64,000 nucleotides of DNA, from NCBI GenBank assembly GCA_013265495.1, contig MU058337.1, positions 126,001 to 190,000 of the forward strand, given 5' to 3'. The position numbers and the translations under genes were made by a program. Every line of letters starts with the position of its first letter. The first letter of the stretch is position 1. Source of the stretch: Vicugna vicugna. Lineage: Eukaryota. The notes beneath the pieces are model-generated. The model was given only the letters and a program-made list of their open reading frames with translations, was not told the DNA's origin and did no database searches. Positions 37,724-51,597 of the stretch are shown piece by piece.

Positions 37724-38147
37724 TGTGTGAGTTTCCTCTGACTGCCAGAGCGAAGTGTCACAACCTGGGATTTAAAGCAACAGGACAGGATTGTCTCACA
37801 GTTCTGGGGCCCGAAGTCCAGAATCACGGTGTCGGCTGGGCTGTAGTCTCGGGGAGACTCTTCCATGCCTTCCTCTGAGTTCCCGGTGGCTGCCACCAAG
37901 CCTTGGCCAACCGCGGCACCTAGCTGAGTTACCCGCATCCTCTGTCTCTGTCTCCCTGGCCGGCCGTCTTCCCTCTGCTCCGGGTCTGCGTATCTTACGA
38001 AGACACGGGTCACATCAGGGCTGCCCTAAGGGCCCATCTTAGCTGATCACACCTGCAAAGACTCCGTTTCCAAATACGGTCGCACTCAGAGAGATACTGG
38101 AGTAGGACTTCAGCATAGCTCTGGGGGGACACAATTCACCCATCACG
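37724..38147 (-). mobile_element. MLT1C-like solo LTR
   Basis: 'gagtttcctctgactgcc...tctcacagttctggggcccgaagtccagaatcacggtgtcggc...ctgcaaagactccgtttccaaatacggtcgcac...ggggacacaattcaccc'; 5-bp TSD gtgtt/gtgct. Confidence 0.88.
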
Positions 38148-39559
38148 GTGCTGTTGAGGGCACATGCGTCCCACTGCTTCATGCGCCTGTGTGGATGGGC
38201 AGCCCGGGACTCACCTGGGCTCCCAGTACAGGAGCAAGTGAGAAAAGGAGTTCAGCACGGCCGAGGGGTGGGAGGTGGCACCTGCCCGGGGCTCTGGACG
38301 TTCTGTCCCTCGCTGCATCCACAGGCGTCGCCCTGGACCTGGGAGACGGCTTCCTACCCATGTGGGAGCTGCAGGGGGCAGAGGAGCCTGAGGGAGGGGA
38401 TGGCTCAGCCTGCTGGTGTCAGAGACTCCCCGAGGGCAGAGCATGTAGGACGCATCCCTGGAGGCTGGGGTGGGCAGCGGCTTTGGCAGCACAAGGATGA
38501 GCATCTCCCTCCCCTGCCACTTCCCTCGGACACAGATTTCCTCTGCACACACCCCACAGAGCACAGCCCTCCACTCTGCGTTTCTCTCCATGGCTGCTAA
38601 TCTAGGAGACGCCGGTGAGGGGCTGCCCTCAGGACACATGGGCCGCAGACAATAGCTCTGCCCTCTGACTCACGGTGGAGCTCAGAAGCAGGACCAAGGA
38701 TGCCCGTGCTCATGGGAAGCCCTCTTCCAAATGTGAGAGGGCAGAAGACTGGAGACTTTTTGTAAAGCAAAATTCAGTGGGAGCTGATGAAATCAGTAGG
38801 CATCACGAAAGCCAAGTTGACTTCAATGGGAAACTGGGAAACTTGGCACAACGAACACCTGGAACAGGAAAAGAGGGCCCCGTGGGCTCACGGCAGCGGG
38901 CACCGTTGCCTCTGCTGGAGAGTAACTCCAGTGCTCCCGAGGAAAACTGCAGTCACCGTGTTATTTTTTTCATTCTACTGCAGCAAGGCTTCTGATATTT
39001 GGAATCCTTCTTTAAGAAAAATGAGAATAAGGCTTTAATAAAAGAGTGCTGTAATTATTCTCAAGGGATGCGTCATGCTGGTTGCTAGAGTCAATCCAGT
39101 TATCATGTAGTCCTACTGTGTGAGCATGTGTATATCTTTCAACGTTCTGTCTACTTATCTATATAGTTATCTATGGATATATAATTTTATATATGCTTTT
39201 AATCACTATATAGCAATAAAATTAAATGAGAGAAAAAGCACGTGTAAGACCTGAGGTTTTTGTTCTAGTATTTAAGGTTTTCTTTGCATAATCCCTTTTG
39301 CGTTTATGAGCGAGATTGCTAAGTAGGAAACATGTCAGTGCTTTCTTTCGAATAATCTATTCACCTATTTTCACCCATTTTATTTATATAATTGAAAACT
39401 TTTCTTTTCTTCTAAGATTTTAGAGTGAACATACCATTTCCTACTTTGAGGACAAAATCAATATCAATTGTCCCCAACTTCAAGTCAACCACAAAGGCAT
39501 TGTTCAAGCTGTGAAATCAGTTTAGAGGGTAGAAAGCAGCGACCTCACTAGACTTGGAA

Positions 39560-39750
39560 ATACCAGAGTCTGCCTTCAGAGTAAGACAAGTATTACTCTG
39601 TGAAACTTTTATTTCAGTTGTAAGTTACACTTAGGTTTCAGTTGTAAGTGTATATATATATGGGTGTGTGTGGTGTGTAAATACCTTTGGTGCAGCATTA
39701 AATATATTTCCTTAATGTGCATCATGATTAAAAAAAACTGAAAGCCACTG
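39560..39750. mobile_element. hAT-Charlie-type DNA transposon fragment
   Basis: 'tgaaacttttatttcagtt...atttccttaatgtgcatcatgattaaaaaaaactgaaagccactg' terminus. Confidence 0.55.
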
Positions 39751-41865
39751 CCCCTCAGGGACGTATCCAACCTGCTTGTACCCAGGCAGACATCGCCTGT
39801 GGTCAGCTTCTCTGTGTGCCTGTGAGTCTACCTGACTCCTTACAGAGCTTCAATTCGCAATGAGCACTTGACAGAAGTCTGTTGGATGACTGATGAAGAA
39901 GAAATGGTTTAAAGAATACACACAAGTCAAACATACAAAGATCCTCTTTTAAGAATAGCCAATTGATTAACAACTACTTAAACACTTGCTAGATGTTCAG
40001 CGTTAGCAAATAAAACAGAACACACAAATTAGACATCTGATGGGTCTGAGAAGTTTGCACTTGTTACATGATATCCAGATCTCTTCCCCGTTTATAAAAG
40101 ACACCACTAGAGGCTGAGTGGAGATACTTCATTTTCAGATAAAAGGTGAGAATATAGATTGGAGAAGCTCGTAGAATCTGGGAAATATTAAAATCCCCCC
40201 AAAGTGGACAATAATAAAAGCATGACAAATACACAGACAGGATGGCAAAATTCATCATTTAGAATAAGGAGCCAATGCCATAAATACAGCCCCTCAAGAC
40301 AAAAGAGGGGATGAGTGCTCTGTGACAGGCACTTACAGAGAAGACTGGGAGGTAAGCACGTACTTCAGATTTCTCCCTTTAGGAAATCGAGATAAAATAA
40401 ATTAATAAAAAACCCCAGGGAAAGAAGCAAACCAAAAAACGGTCAAAGTAACATGACAAGTCAGCATCGCAGAAAGCAAGTCAGAGATGTATCAGGATGA
40501 GCAGTGTTGCCACAGTGCCCGACTTCTGCCACTGCTGGCAAGTCAAGACAGCATTGATTTGATCCACGAACAGAGTGTAAAATAAAGGGAGATTTGCCCC
40601 AATTGCAGAGACCCCCCCCAAAGGAGCTTCGCGTGGTACATGAAGGAAGACCAGTGCTCAAATGAGACAGCACAGCTGGTTTGGGACAGCGGAGGACACT
40701 TTTCTCCTCTTTCTCGGCAGTAGAGTCATCAGCTGCAGGTACATTAGGAAGGAGGAAGGAACAGAAGTGGGGTGCCATGGCCCACGGGGCAGATGAGGGG
40801 CTGTGCCAGGAGCACGCAGGCGTTACCTCTCAGGGATTTCTTACTTTGTCGGGGGAAGGCACAGGCTGGACGTGGAACCAGAATATTTGCAACTGGGAGT
40901 AGGAGCAAAGCCACAGAAAGACCGTTTGTTCTCAAGACCACAGCCCCCATTCCCACCGTGGGAACAGCTCGGCCTGGGGTAGCTCAGAACACCAGCAGAC
41001 CCAAGGCGAAACTGCTGCCCGAGCTTGTTCCAGTGCAACGTCAGAGAGCCAGCCGTCGCCTGAAATTACAGTGAACTGCGAGTAAACACTACGGCAGAGG
41101 CAGACAAAGGGAGCATTATCTCCAGCACTTCTGGTCCACACTGGACACTCACGGAAGCTTCCACAGGGAGCAGCAAACTGGGGCCTCGAAGGGTGAATGA
41201 AAATTAGCCTTGAAGATGGGAGGCAGGTAGACAGGACAGGAGGGAGGAGCTAGGGCCCAGAGGTCCATCGCAGTGCCGGTTGGAACATCAGTGTTGGAGG
41301 AGATGCGTTTGAGAATGCGTTTGCGAGCACAGCACTCTAGATGAGACACAAAAAGGATGGGTGAGCTTATGACAAGTATTCAATGTAAACTGCAGGCAAG
41401 CTGGTAGTTTGCAAGGTAACGGCAACATGCACGCGATATGTTAAGCACAGGTAATGTGTAAAGAGGAAGGTGCAACGCAGTCGGCACTGCGAGGAGTGTT
41501 GCTGGGCTGTGACACACGCTGCAGACAGATGGAACAAACAGAAATAAGTGTCAACAAACAGGAGTGTTGTGCATGGCTAGTAGCGATGGCAGCGCTACAC
41601 TGTTACCTTGTCACCTCTGGGCTGACGGCTCTGTCCCCTGAATGTGGCCACCCACTGGTGACACTGAATACGCTCCCACCTTGTCCCACACGTGCTCAAC
41701 CTAACAAAATCAGAGAGAGCCCACGTCTGGCAGCTGGCTGATGAGTAAGCCACAGCTGTGTCCACGGGAACCGGCTCTCCAAGACAGGAAGCAAGTGGCA
41801 CAGCCCAGAGCACTGTCTACCCGTGGGTCCCTGGCCTAACCCTCAATCTGAGGGCATAACCACAG

Positions 41866-41950
41866 CATCATCTTCATCACAACCACCATCACCACCATCA
41901 CCACCACCATCATCGTCACCATTATCACCATCATCATCACCATCATCAAT
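41866..41950. repeat. Imperfect (CAT/CAC)n trinucleotide repeat
   Basis: Direct reading. Confidence 0.9.
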
Positions 41951-42199
41951 ATCCCAGGACTCAAGTAAGATGGTCCACACTGCCTGCACCCTGTCCTTTA
42001 CAGATTAACACACTCATCTCCTCCCCTGGCTCTTGCTGTGTGTTTTAAATCAAGTTTGTGGCACTGTACTTTCATGTATGAGCTTTTCTGTTCTGCAGCC
42101 CCTGAGCAGCCTGACTGGTCGTGCATTTGGAAGCTACAGTTGCATCAGGATTATTCCCCACCCAACAGTATCCATGAGGAAGCCACAGGGAACCTAGTG

Positions 42200-43010
42200 C
42201 GCCTGGAATATTAGATGTTAGCTGCGGAGTGACTAGAGGTAAGTTGAGAAAAATAAGGATCAGATCATAAGGCTTTTCTACAAACCTTAAGGGTGAAGAA
42301 TTTATCCCCCAGGCAATGCAAAAATGTGGGAAGATTTCACAGAGCAAAACTGTGATGAAGTTTGAGAAAATTCTGGAATTTTGGAATGAAATGTAGGAAA
42401 ACCAGACTGGAGGTAGAAGAGGCCGCTCATATGGCACCGCACAACTGCAGTAGGATATAGGAAAGGCTAAGTGCCAGTCTACGGTAGGACGGGTGACAAG
42501 AAAACAGGTTCAAGAGACGGAAGCGGGCAAGACCAGGTGACGAGAGAACTGAGAGTGAGGCGTCAGAATTACACCCAGGCAGGGCTAGTCGTTTCTCAGT
42601 GGAAGAAAGAAGCAGGAGCAGGTATGGGGGTCAGGGGGTGGGTAATGAGCTCAACCTCAGAGCCAGGGAGCTGGCCAGGGAAGGGGTTCCCTGGACTGCT
42701 GGCTGGATGAGACTGAAGCTTAGTAGAAAGGGGGCTGAGGAGTAGATAAGGAGGTTAGCTGGTATGAAGATGAAACCAAGGGAACAGATGAAATTATTCA
42801 AGAGGACTGAGTAGTGTGAAAACAGAAGATAAGCAGATTTTTAGAACCCCAATATTTAAGAAAAGTACGGATTAAAAAAGTGTGTGAAGGGAAGGAAAGT
42901 GAGGAGGAGCTGCCATTACAGGGGATGATGTTATTTTGGTATTATTATAAAAAGCAAAGAAGAAGTTTCCAGAAAAAGGCACCAGGCACAATGCCAACTC
43001 CTACAAAGCA
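42200..43010 (-). mobile_element. LINE-2 remnants
   Basis: 'gatcagatcataaggc...gaatttatccccaggcaatg', 'gatgaaattattcaagagg...agaaccccaatatttaag...aaagcaaagaagaagtttcc'. Confidence 0.55.
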
Positions 43011-44130
43011 TGGCTTCCTGACATCAGTATTTATCAAATGCATAAAATATTAGGTTCATTTTTAATCATGCGTTATGCCTGTGGATAGAGTATTTCTCTT
43101 TAAGACGCATTCTCAAACAGCCAGTTAACATTGCTGGCAAAGAAGAAAAGAGAAAAATGTGGAATGTTTTTCTCCCAAATGCCATCATTCATTTTCAGAG
43201 CATTAGCAGGGATTCAATAAATGTTTTTTAATTGGAAAAGCAAATTTAGAGGCGAGGGATAGCTCTGGTAAGCACAGTAAAATGAAGACAAATGAGGGTC
43301 ATTACTTTCCTCTTTCCATTTAGTTCGTGTCCATTACAGATCCACAGGCATTACGACCTAAATAAATCTCTAAGTGCCTGAATGATGCAGTATTATTTGC
43401 CTTAATTAAAAGTCAGGACAGAATACAAACAGCAGGTCTAACCTCACCAACTTGCTTTTCTATTTTGGATTTTGTTTGTACTCCAGCTGCTGAGAAGAAA
43501 ACTACTTTTATACTTTCTTGAAAGAACCCCAAACTCCATAATCAGGTCTGAAGGGCTAAGTTTGTGTCGACATCACTTGGAGGGCAATTTTCTGACATCA
43601 CTGGCAGGTACGTGCCCTGTGTCTTTGCCCACAAGCTACGCTGGAGTTAAAAGCTCAAGGGTGAAGTGGAGCTGGACTACCAGGCAACTGCAAAGGCTGG
43701 TTCTTTCCCAGACCCTGGGCGCAGCTGCCAACGCGCTGACGCCACTGGAAGCAGCACCCTAGCAGCTCTGTCAAACAGCAGACGGGCAGGAACGGTGTCG
43801 CCAGCGGCTGATCCATGCCTGAGGTCGGCTGTCTCTCCTCTGGCTGGTACGCTCCACTGCGTGCCCATCAGCAGTCCAGGCCAGGGCTGCACAAAGACAG
43901 TATGGTCTGCCAGCCAGCTGGCCCCGTCAGCATCATGGACATGAAACAGAGCTGGGTCCAGTTCCAAAAGCATGGAGACCATCAAAGACACAAGTCCAAA
44001 GTCTCCTGCCCAGGGAGGGACCGGAGAGTCTGCACCAAAGTTCCTGCAGGAAATCTGGGCTCAGGGTCATTTCTCCTACTTTACATTATTACCAAAGTTA
44101 GCTTTTATTTTAAGTCAGATTTATGAAGAC

Positions 44131-44950
44131 TTTTTTTAATTAAGACTATTTTTAGAGCAGTTTCAGGTTCACAGGAAATTTGAGAGAAAGGTACAGACAT
44201 TTCCCATATACCCACTGCTCTCACAATGCACAGCACACCCCTCCTCCATTATCAGTGTCCCCCACCAGAGTGTGACATTTGTTACAATGATGAACCTGTG
44301 TTGACATGTCATCATCACGCAAAGTCCATAGTTTACATGACAGTTCACTCTTGGTGTTGTACATTCTCTGGGTTTGGACAAATGCAAAATGACACATACC
44401 CATCATTATAGTGTCAGACAGAGTATTCCCACTGCCTTAAAAATTCTCATGATCTGCCTATTCATACCACACCCCAACTCTTAGCAACCACTGGTCTTTT
44501 TACTGTCTCCATAGTTTTGCCTTTTCCAGAATGTCATACGGTTGAAATATACAGTATGTGGCCCTTCCAGATTGGTTTCTTTCACTTAGTAATGTGCATT
44601 TAGGGTTCCTCCATGTCTTTTCATGAATTGATAGTGCATTTCCTTTTAGAGCTAAATAATATTCCACTGGCTGGATGGACCACAGTTTATTTCTCCATTC
44701 ACCTACTGAAGGACATCTTGGTTGCTTTTAAGTTTAGGTGAGTAGAAGGCTACTATAAACAACCATGTGCAGGTTTTGCATAGACATTGGTATTTAACTC
44801 CTTCAGGTAAATACTGAGTGCAATTGCTGTATGGTATGGTAAGAGGATGTTCAGTTTTGTAAGAAACCGCTAAACTCTCTTTCAAAGTGGCGGGATCACT
44901 TTGCATCCCCACCAGCAATGAAGAAGTGGTCCTGTTGCTCCACGTGTTGG
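44131..44950 (-). mobile_element. L1MC1/2-like 3' UTR
   Basis: 'tttttagagcagtttcaggttcacagg...ccccaccagagtgtgacatttgttacaatgatgaacc...cagttcactcttggtgttgtacattc...ttttgccttttccagaatgtcat'. Confidence 0.92.
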
Positions 44951-45273
44951 TGTGTTTTTAACCTTCAACCACTTTGTAACGTCTTCTAGTGTAGCTGAAG
45001 GTTTTTTCTGTTTTGTTGGGGGTTTTTTGCCATTTTAATCTCATTTCCATTATTTCAGTATTCTGGAAGTCTTCCATCTCAGACACCCACCAACAGAGTC
45101 TTCTCTCTGTTCCTCACTCCCACCCACCACTAACATCTTCTTTTCTCCATCCCCTAAGGACTGACTTCCCCTTATGCACCTGACGTGAGATCTAATTTGC
45201 TCCATCATATGCTCCATGCTATCATTCATTTACTTAACATCTAATATTTACAAACTTTCTCTTCTATATATTT

Positions 45274-45745
45274 TGTACCAGTTTCTCATTGTTATTATGA
45301 CAAAATATTACAAGTTCAATAACACAAAGCAATACACATGTATTATTTTATAGTTCTGGAGTTGACAAAGCCAAAATGGCTTTGCTGGGAAAAGAAGCCA
45401 AATGTCAGTAGTGCTGCGGTCATTCTGGAGGACCCAGCGGAAGGTCTGCTCTCCTGCCCTTCCCAGCTTCCAGAGGCAGCCTGCATCTCTTGATTTCTAG
45501 CCCCTTCCTCAATCTTCAGAGCTGGAAGTGATGTATCTTCTGATTTCTCTCACTCTGACACTCCTGCCTTACTTTTATAAGAATGTTCAGGATTATTTTG
45601 GGATAATCTAAAATAATCTTTCCATATCGAAATCCTTAATTTAATCACATCTGCAAAGTCCCCTTTGCCCTATAAGGTAACATGGTCCCAGGTTCCAAGG
45701 ATTAGGACGTGGACACCTTTGGGGGAGCGTTACTCTGCTACCACA
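45274..45745 (-). mobile_element. MLT1D-like solo LTR
   Basis: 'ccagcttccagaggcagcctgcat...aatcacatctgcaaagtccctttgcc...ggattaggacgtggacacctttgggg..ctaccaca'. Confidence 0.88.
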
Positions 45746-46030
45746 CATGGGAAGCCAACAATCAAAACTCTTTTCAAATCCCTGTGCTCAGGAATATTAC
45801 TGTCCATTTGGAAGATATTGCTGTGACATATATACATTTATACCATACCTGATTGGGTTTTCTCAGAATCCTAAAAGTGAAGCACATAATTAAAGTTGGA
45901 AAGGAGGGATGGCAGGCTAGTCAGAACTTTCCGGATGATGGGGTAAACAAACTGATTCTCAACAGATGAGCAATAACCAACCGCACAGAAAGCAGTGGTG
46001 AGGAACACTGAGGTGCACCCCGAGGGCACA

Positions 46031-46575
46031 GAGCACTATTTACAGCAGCCAAGACAGGGCAACAACCTAAGTGCCCATCAACAGATGAGTAGATAAAGGA
46101 GATGTGGTATATGGACACAATGGAATACTACTCAGCCATTAAAAAGGATGAGATAATGCCATTTGCCACAACATGGATGGACCTAGAGATGATCATACTA
46201 AGTGAAGTAAGTCAAAGACAAATATCATATGATAGTACATATGTAGAATCTTAAAAAAATGACACAAATGAACTTATTTCAAAACAGAAGGAGACTCACA
46301 GACATAGAAAACAAACTTATGGATACCAAAGGGGAGAGCAGGAGGGCAGGGATAAATTGGGAGTTTGGGATTAGCACATACAAACTATGATATACAGAAA
46401 AGATAAACAACAAGGCCCTACTGTACAGCACAGGGAACTATACCTAATACCTTGTAATAATCCACTATAAAAAGAATACGAAAAAGAATGTAATCTATGT
46501 ATAACTGAATCACTATGCTGTACACCAGAAACTATGACAACATTGTAAATCCACATACTTCAATTAAAAAAAAAA
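46031..46575 (+). mobile_element. 5'-truncated cetartiodactyl-type L1 3' end
   Basis: 'acaatggaatactactcagccattaaaaaggatgagataatgccatttgc...acatacttcaatt' plus poly-A. Confidence 0.93.
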
Positions 46576-46864
46576 TTCTCAGGGTTCATGTGAGCACCAC
46601 ACAACTGAAAAAAAGACTTAAGCCTTGTTCAGAGAAGAACACAGATGTCTGCTAAATTTGCCAAGAGTTGCCAGTCTGCAATTTCTGCTCTAGAACTTAT
46701 TTTCTCCATGATAATTGTAATAAACTGCACTTAAATATAAGAACCTATCTTGAAAATCTCTAAGACCTTGTCTGAAAGGAGAGATGTGTTTGGGAGAAGA
46801 ATGGTTAGCGACAGGGAAGAAGCTTACCTGTATGTACTTTTATTCATTCAAAAGTGCATTTTGA

Positions 46865-47010
46865 TATAAGCTACAAGGATATACTGCACAACACGGGGAA
46901 TGGCCAACATTTTTAGTAACTAAAAATGAAGTATAAACTTCAAAAATTGTGAATCACAATCTTATACACTTGTAACTTGTATAATACTTTACAGCCAACT
47001 ATACTGAAGT
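46865..47010 (+). mobile_element. Short older L1 3' terminus
   Basis: 'ataagctacaaggatatactgcacaacacgggg...aaaaattgtgaatcac...caactatact'. Confidence 0.75.
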
Positions 47011-48827
47011 CAACCCATCAGCCAACATAGTATATTTTCAGTTTTCTGATTATGTGCCACGTGCTATTAATAGCACTGGAGATCCAACAGTGAACAAAAC
47101 AAACTCTTTTCTTAAAATATAATTTTTTAATGGAAACAGACAATAAAAGAAGAAATGCACCATGCTGCAGTGTTACAGAAAAAGAGGATTTCACAAAAGG
47201 TAAATGAGTGTGTGTGTGTGTGTACACAAAACAATAAATTTCCAAAAGCTACATGAGCAGAGTTAAAACACACTCCTGAGAGACATAAAACTAAACTTGA
47301 ACGAAGGAGAACATACACCATTGCTTCAGGCATTTTAGTGTTGTAAATCCTCTATGACATTAAAATGGTATTTTTAAAAGCACAAAATTATAGGCTTATT
47401 TATATACTATAAATTATATAACATGATAAGATAAAATACTATTAGACTAAAGATCAAATTATATAAGATATAATCCAGCATGAGTTATCTTGTGCCTCAG
47501 AATATAAATAAAGAAAGCTTTCACGCTGAGGTCTTCTAGGCCAGGAGAAATGTTGTTTTTGTATGCTAAATGTTTTTAACATAAGCAGATGAGCTAAAAT
47601 TCATACTTAGAACATGTACCATTTAATTTATTGCTGATAGCTGTAGAATTCTTGGTTGATACGACTCCAGAAACACAGATCAGAGTTTACTAATAGGCAA
47701 TATTAGTTTCTCTAAAGAGCTCTGACTTTCCCAGCAAGACTGGAAATCTGCGTGAGAAGAATATAAAATCTGACCAAACAAAAACCAGCTGACAGCAAAC
47801 AAATTGGAACCAATAAGTAATCATCATCCTGTATCATTTAATCTTTGCAAGAAAGAAGACAGATATTCTGGGCCATTCCTCGCTGGCGAAAACAGCCATT
47901 TAAAACCCTGATTTCTATTATAGGGTGTACTTGGCATTGGGACACACTGTCATGGTGTACCAATTATTCTGATTAATTACCTCTTTATCATTATCTCCCA
48001 AATGAAATGCATCACTGTTGATTCAGGGCACATGTGTGAACATGCACTCACACACACACATGCACACACACACACAGTGACACCACATTCACACATCTCC
48101 AACAGAACCTGGCATCACTTGTGGAAACAGCAAAGGTACAGTTTAATCTTTTAAAAGTTTCTAATAAAAGAAGGTAGATTTTCAAAATTGTAGTCACCTA
48201 CTTTTTTAAATGAAATTGTGCTAGGGAATGAAAATAAAGTATAAACAACATTCTTATTTGGTAAAAAAAAATGTACTTATTTGGTACATGTATGTCTTAC
48301 TACAGACGTTAAATACCACCTTCCACAACTTGGTCTTTTACCCACATTCTGTATGTTTAATATTTTTTTGTGCCAGGCATGGAGCCATACTAGGAATGAT
48401 AGGAGCAGGATATATGTAAATATTAGATAACTTTTCTTTCCTGAAAAACATACTTTTTTGTATAGAATGGAATGTCTTTTCTTTTTCATCTTATAAAAGT
48501 ACTTTAACACACCAATTATGGCCAAGGACAAAGACAGAGAGAGACGGAGAGATGTACAGTAGGTTGGTGAATATCCAAGTTCTGTATGAAATTACACTGT
48601 GATTGGCTTGGTACCTTCAGAGCTTCCTTCCCAAAAAATTGGAGAAGAGGACCTTGGAAATTCTACTCAAAGAGGAATGCATGCATTGGAATTCCTGCCA
48701 ATTTTATTTCACTAATCCATTCTAGAGCAACTAGTTATTAATGAATTCCCAAGATATCTTATTGGCTAATTTTGAATCTAAAAGACTGAGGTGGGCATCT
48801 AAAGTGAGGATCTTTATTGAAGATTTC

Positions 48828-49025
48828 CATCATGATCATCATCAACCACATTATCAACCCCACCAACATCATCAACATCACCATCATCATCACCACCACT
48901 GCCTTCATTATCAACACCCCCATGCCATCACCACCATTGTAATCACCATCATCGTCATCATCATCATCAACAGCATCATCCCATCAACATCACCACCACC
49001 ATCATCATCAACAGCAGCATTACAT
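48828..49025. repeat. Imperfect (CAT/CAC/CAA)n trinucleotide array
   Basis: Direct reading; source of the His-rich chance ORF 48741-49046. Confidence 0.9.
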
Positions 49026-49029
49026 CACG

Positions 49030-49270
49030 GTGTACTCATAAACTGATTTATATCATTTGAATACATCGTTTCTCCTCAAAACAAGCTTGCAATGCAAACC
49101 ACAATTCTTGTAAAGGACTACCTCATATATTTCACATACAAAGACAATTTTGGCTCAGATAAGTGAGGACATGTAGGGACCTGCCCAACACCTTCTACTG
49201 GAAAGTAATGAATCCGTTTTTAATCTAGACCTTTTGACAACTCAGCGTGCTTTCCTCAAAACCATGCTGT
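49030..49270 (-). mobile_element. MIR SINE
   Basis: 'tctcctcaaaacaagcttg...ggctcagataagtg...acctgcccaacacc...tctagaccttttgac'. Confidence 0.55.
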
Positions 49271-49699
49271 GTCTGGGAAAGTAGAAATGAAATGGCATTT
49301 GACCTAGAAGGGACAGTGACAAACTCAAAAGAATGATCCAAATTAGAAACAGAGGATGTGAACTGCATCTAGTTTCTGAAGTTTGTACTGTTTCCAATGA
49401 GGATGCGTGACTCAGTTTCAACGCTGAAGAGTTCCACTCATTTAAATTCTATTATCCTAAGTCCTGCTCATTCAGCCTTCAGTGACCCTACCCACCTCGG
49501 CCTATGTATGGCAACTGTCGGACAACCAGTGACCACCTGGGTCATGGCGCATCCTTCATGCATCCATTTACCGACTTTATTGTTGAGCTCTTGGGTGGCG
49601 GATGCCGTGGAGGACATCCCACGTCTTTGCTGTTCTGCATTGTGTTGCTCTTACCGATGACCTGCTAGAGATTCAGTAAGTGACTCTCTCAATATCCAA

Positions 49700-49855
49700 A
49701 AAGGTGTGCATCTCTCCCCAACTCTGTGTTCAGGGACATCATGTCAGTAGCTTGAAACCAGCCACACTTCAGAGACCATGCAATGCTACTATCAGGGCCC
49801 CCTCCTCCCACCCCCGGGAATGAGTCAACTGTTAACCGTTACAGATATGACCGCC
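49700..49855. mobile_element. MER63-like hAT DNA transposon fragment
   Basis: 'catcatgtcagtagcttgaaaccagccac...caatgctactatcagggc...ctgttaaccgttac'. Confidence 0.55.
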
Positions 49856-50854
49856 AGGAGACACAGGCGAGTTGACAATGGCCTTCTATTCAACAGTCCT
49901 GGGTTTTGTTCTGAGCCCTGATATGAACTTACTGAGGGATTCTGAACCAGCTCTGATTTCTGCTCTCTGCCTTTATCTCAGAAGAGGATAATGGCTACCA
50001 GCCACCAACCTCACATGAATTTCCTCTTGATTTGAAAGTCAGTTTTGAAATATGCACTACAAAGACAAAATTCTGTTATTTTGATTATACTGAAAAACAA
50101 AGATGAGAAGTAGAAACACACAACGAGGTGAGAAATGGAGTGGACCCCCCTCCAGGAAGGGGTCTGTGTCCATCAGTGGAACAGTCTTTCATCTTGACAG
50201 AAACAGTAACGCTGACATCTTGTACAATGACGCTGTCTGGTCCTGTTATCCAGGGAGAATTTTCTCCGCTAAACAGTCCAAAAGCAAATGGAAGTAAATA
50301 TTTGGTGCTGGGAAGGGCCAGCCAGGCATATATAAGCTGCACTTGGGGCTGTGTGTGTGAGAGAGAGATTTCTCTGAGATAAACCTGCTCTCCAGAGATA
50401 TCACACTGCCACATTGCACAGCTTAAAGCTCTCAGATGCACCTTCACGTTCATCTTGACGTTGTTTTAGCGCACTAAAACCAAGTGTCCCAGAGACGGCC
50501 ACTTTGAGAAGAGCCCCCAGTAGGGCAGTTTCGGTCTTCTCAGAACAGAATAGAAAGTGGGCAGCTGATCACTGGGACCCATAGGCTCAGGATTCAGCCC
50601 GATGGGCTCCCGGCCAGCAGTGACCACAGCCACCCCAGAACACTCAGTCATCTGAATGCTACTGCTCCAGGCCACGTCAGGGAGACCCCTGACCTCACTC
50701 TTGCCTGTACCCCCGTTTTCACACACAGAACACACCTTGTCACCACTCAAACAGTAGCAGAGCTCAGCTGAGAGGAAGCTGTGCCACCCCGGCCAAGGGT
50801 CCCCACCCAGGATCACGGCAGCCTTTGCCACCAGGAGCCAGTGCGCACGGAGAG

Positions 50855-51030
50855 ATTATTACGTGGCAGGCACCATCCACACATTTCTCACATCGGGTCC
50901 TCACGGGAACTACGAGGTAGACACCTCCATTTCATGACAGCTAAGAAGACTGACCAAGCACAGAGTAAGTGGCAAAGCCGGAAGCCACACTCACTCAGTC
51001 CTGACAGCGTGCCAAGGTCTTGGCCACTGC
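50855..51030 (-). mobile_element. MIR SINE
   Basis: 'tacgtggcaggcacc...tcctcacgggaactacgaggtag...gtaagtggcaaagccgg...cttggccactg'. Confidence 0.6.
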
Positions 51031-51461
51031 CAGGCGCTGCCCCGAGGGGTACACCCAGCCCCGCCCTGCTCAAGCGCTCCTTCTCTCTGACCTTGACTCA
51101 GCCAGTCCTCTGACTCTCACCTGCCGTCTCAGGTCCAAGGTGACGGGAGAACCTCTGGGGCCTTCAGTCTGATCAACTGAGGGCGAGAGCTCATCTCTAC
51201 ATGCTTCCTGTAATGCATGAGCTCACAAACTGGAATTTTAATTTAAACATATTAATGCACACAGGTGCTTAAAAAGCATTAAAATCTAACATTGTGTATA
51301 CTATGGGAAGTTAAAAAAAACTAAGGAAGGTATCATTCTCTTTCATGATATAAAGCATAAACTGACAGCAAACAATTTGTTTAAATTTACTTTAGTCAAA
51401 TAAGAGAATCTGGGGTTCTATTTTGCACCGATAAGATCTTATTTTATAAAGGTATATTAAC

Positions 51462-51597
51462 GGGAGTAGGGGGTGTAGCTCAGTGGTAGACTATGTGCTT
51501 AGCAGGCACAAGGTCCTGCGTTCAACCCCCAGTGCCTCCATTAAAAACAGATAAATAAGTAAACCTAATTAATACCCCCAAAAAGTTTTAATTTAAA
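51462..51597 (+). mobile_element. tRNA-derived SINE (camelid vic-1-like)
   Basis: 'gggggtgtagctcagtggtagactatgtgcttagcaggcacaaggtcctgcgttcaacccccagtgcctcca'; TSD aaaggtatattaac (51448-51461) / aaaagtatattaac (51598-51611). Confidence 0.92.

Noticed and set aside
48741..49046. His-rich 101-aa ORF (and Ser/Pro-rich ORF 41823-42008)
   Set aside because: Translations of (CAT/CAC)n simple repeats
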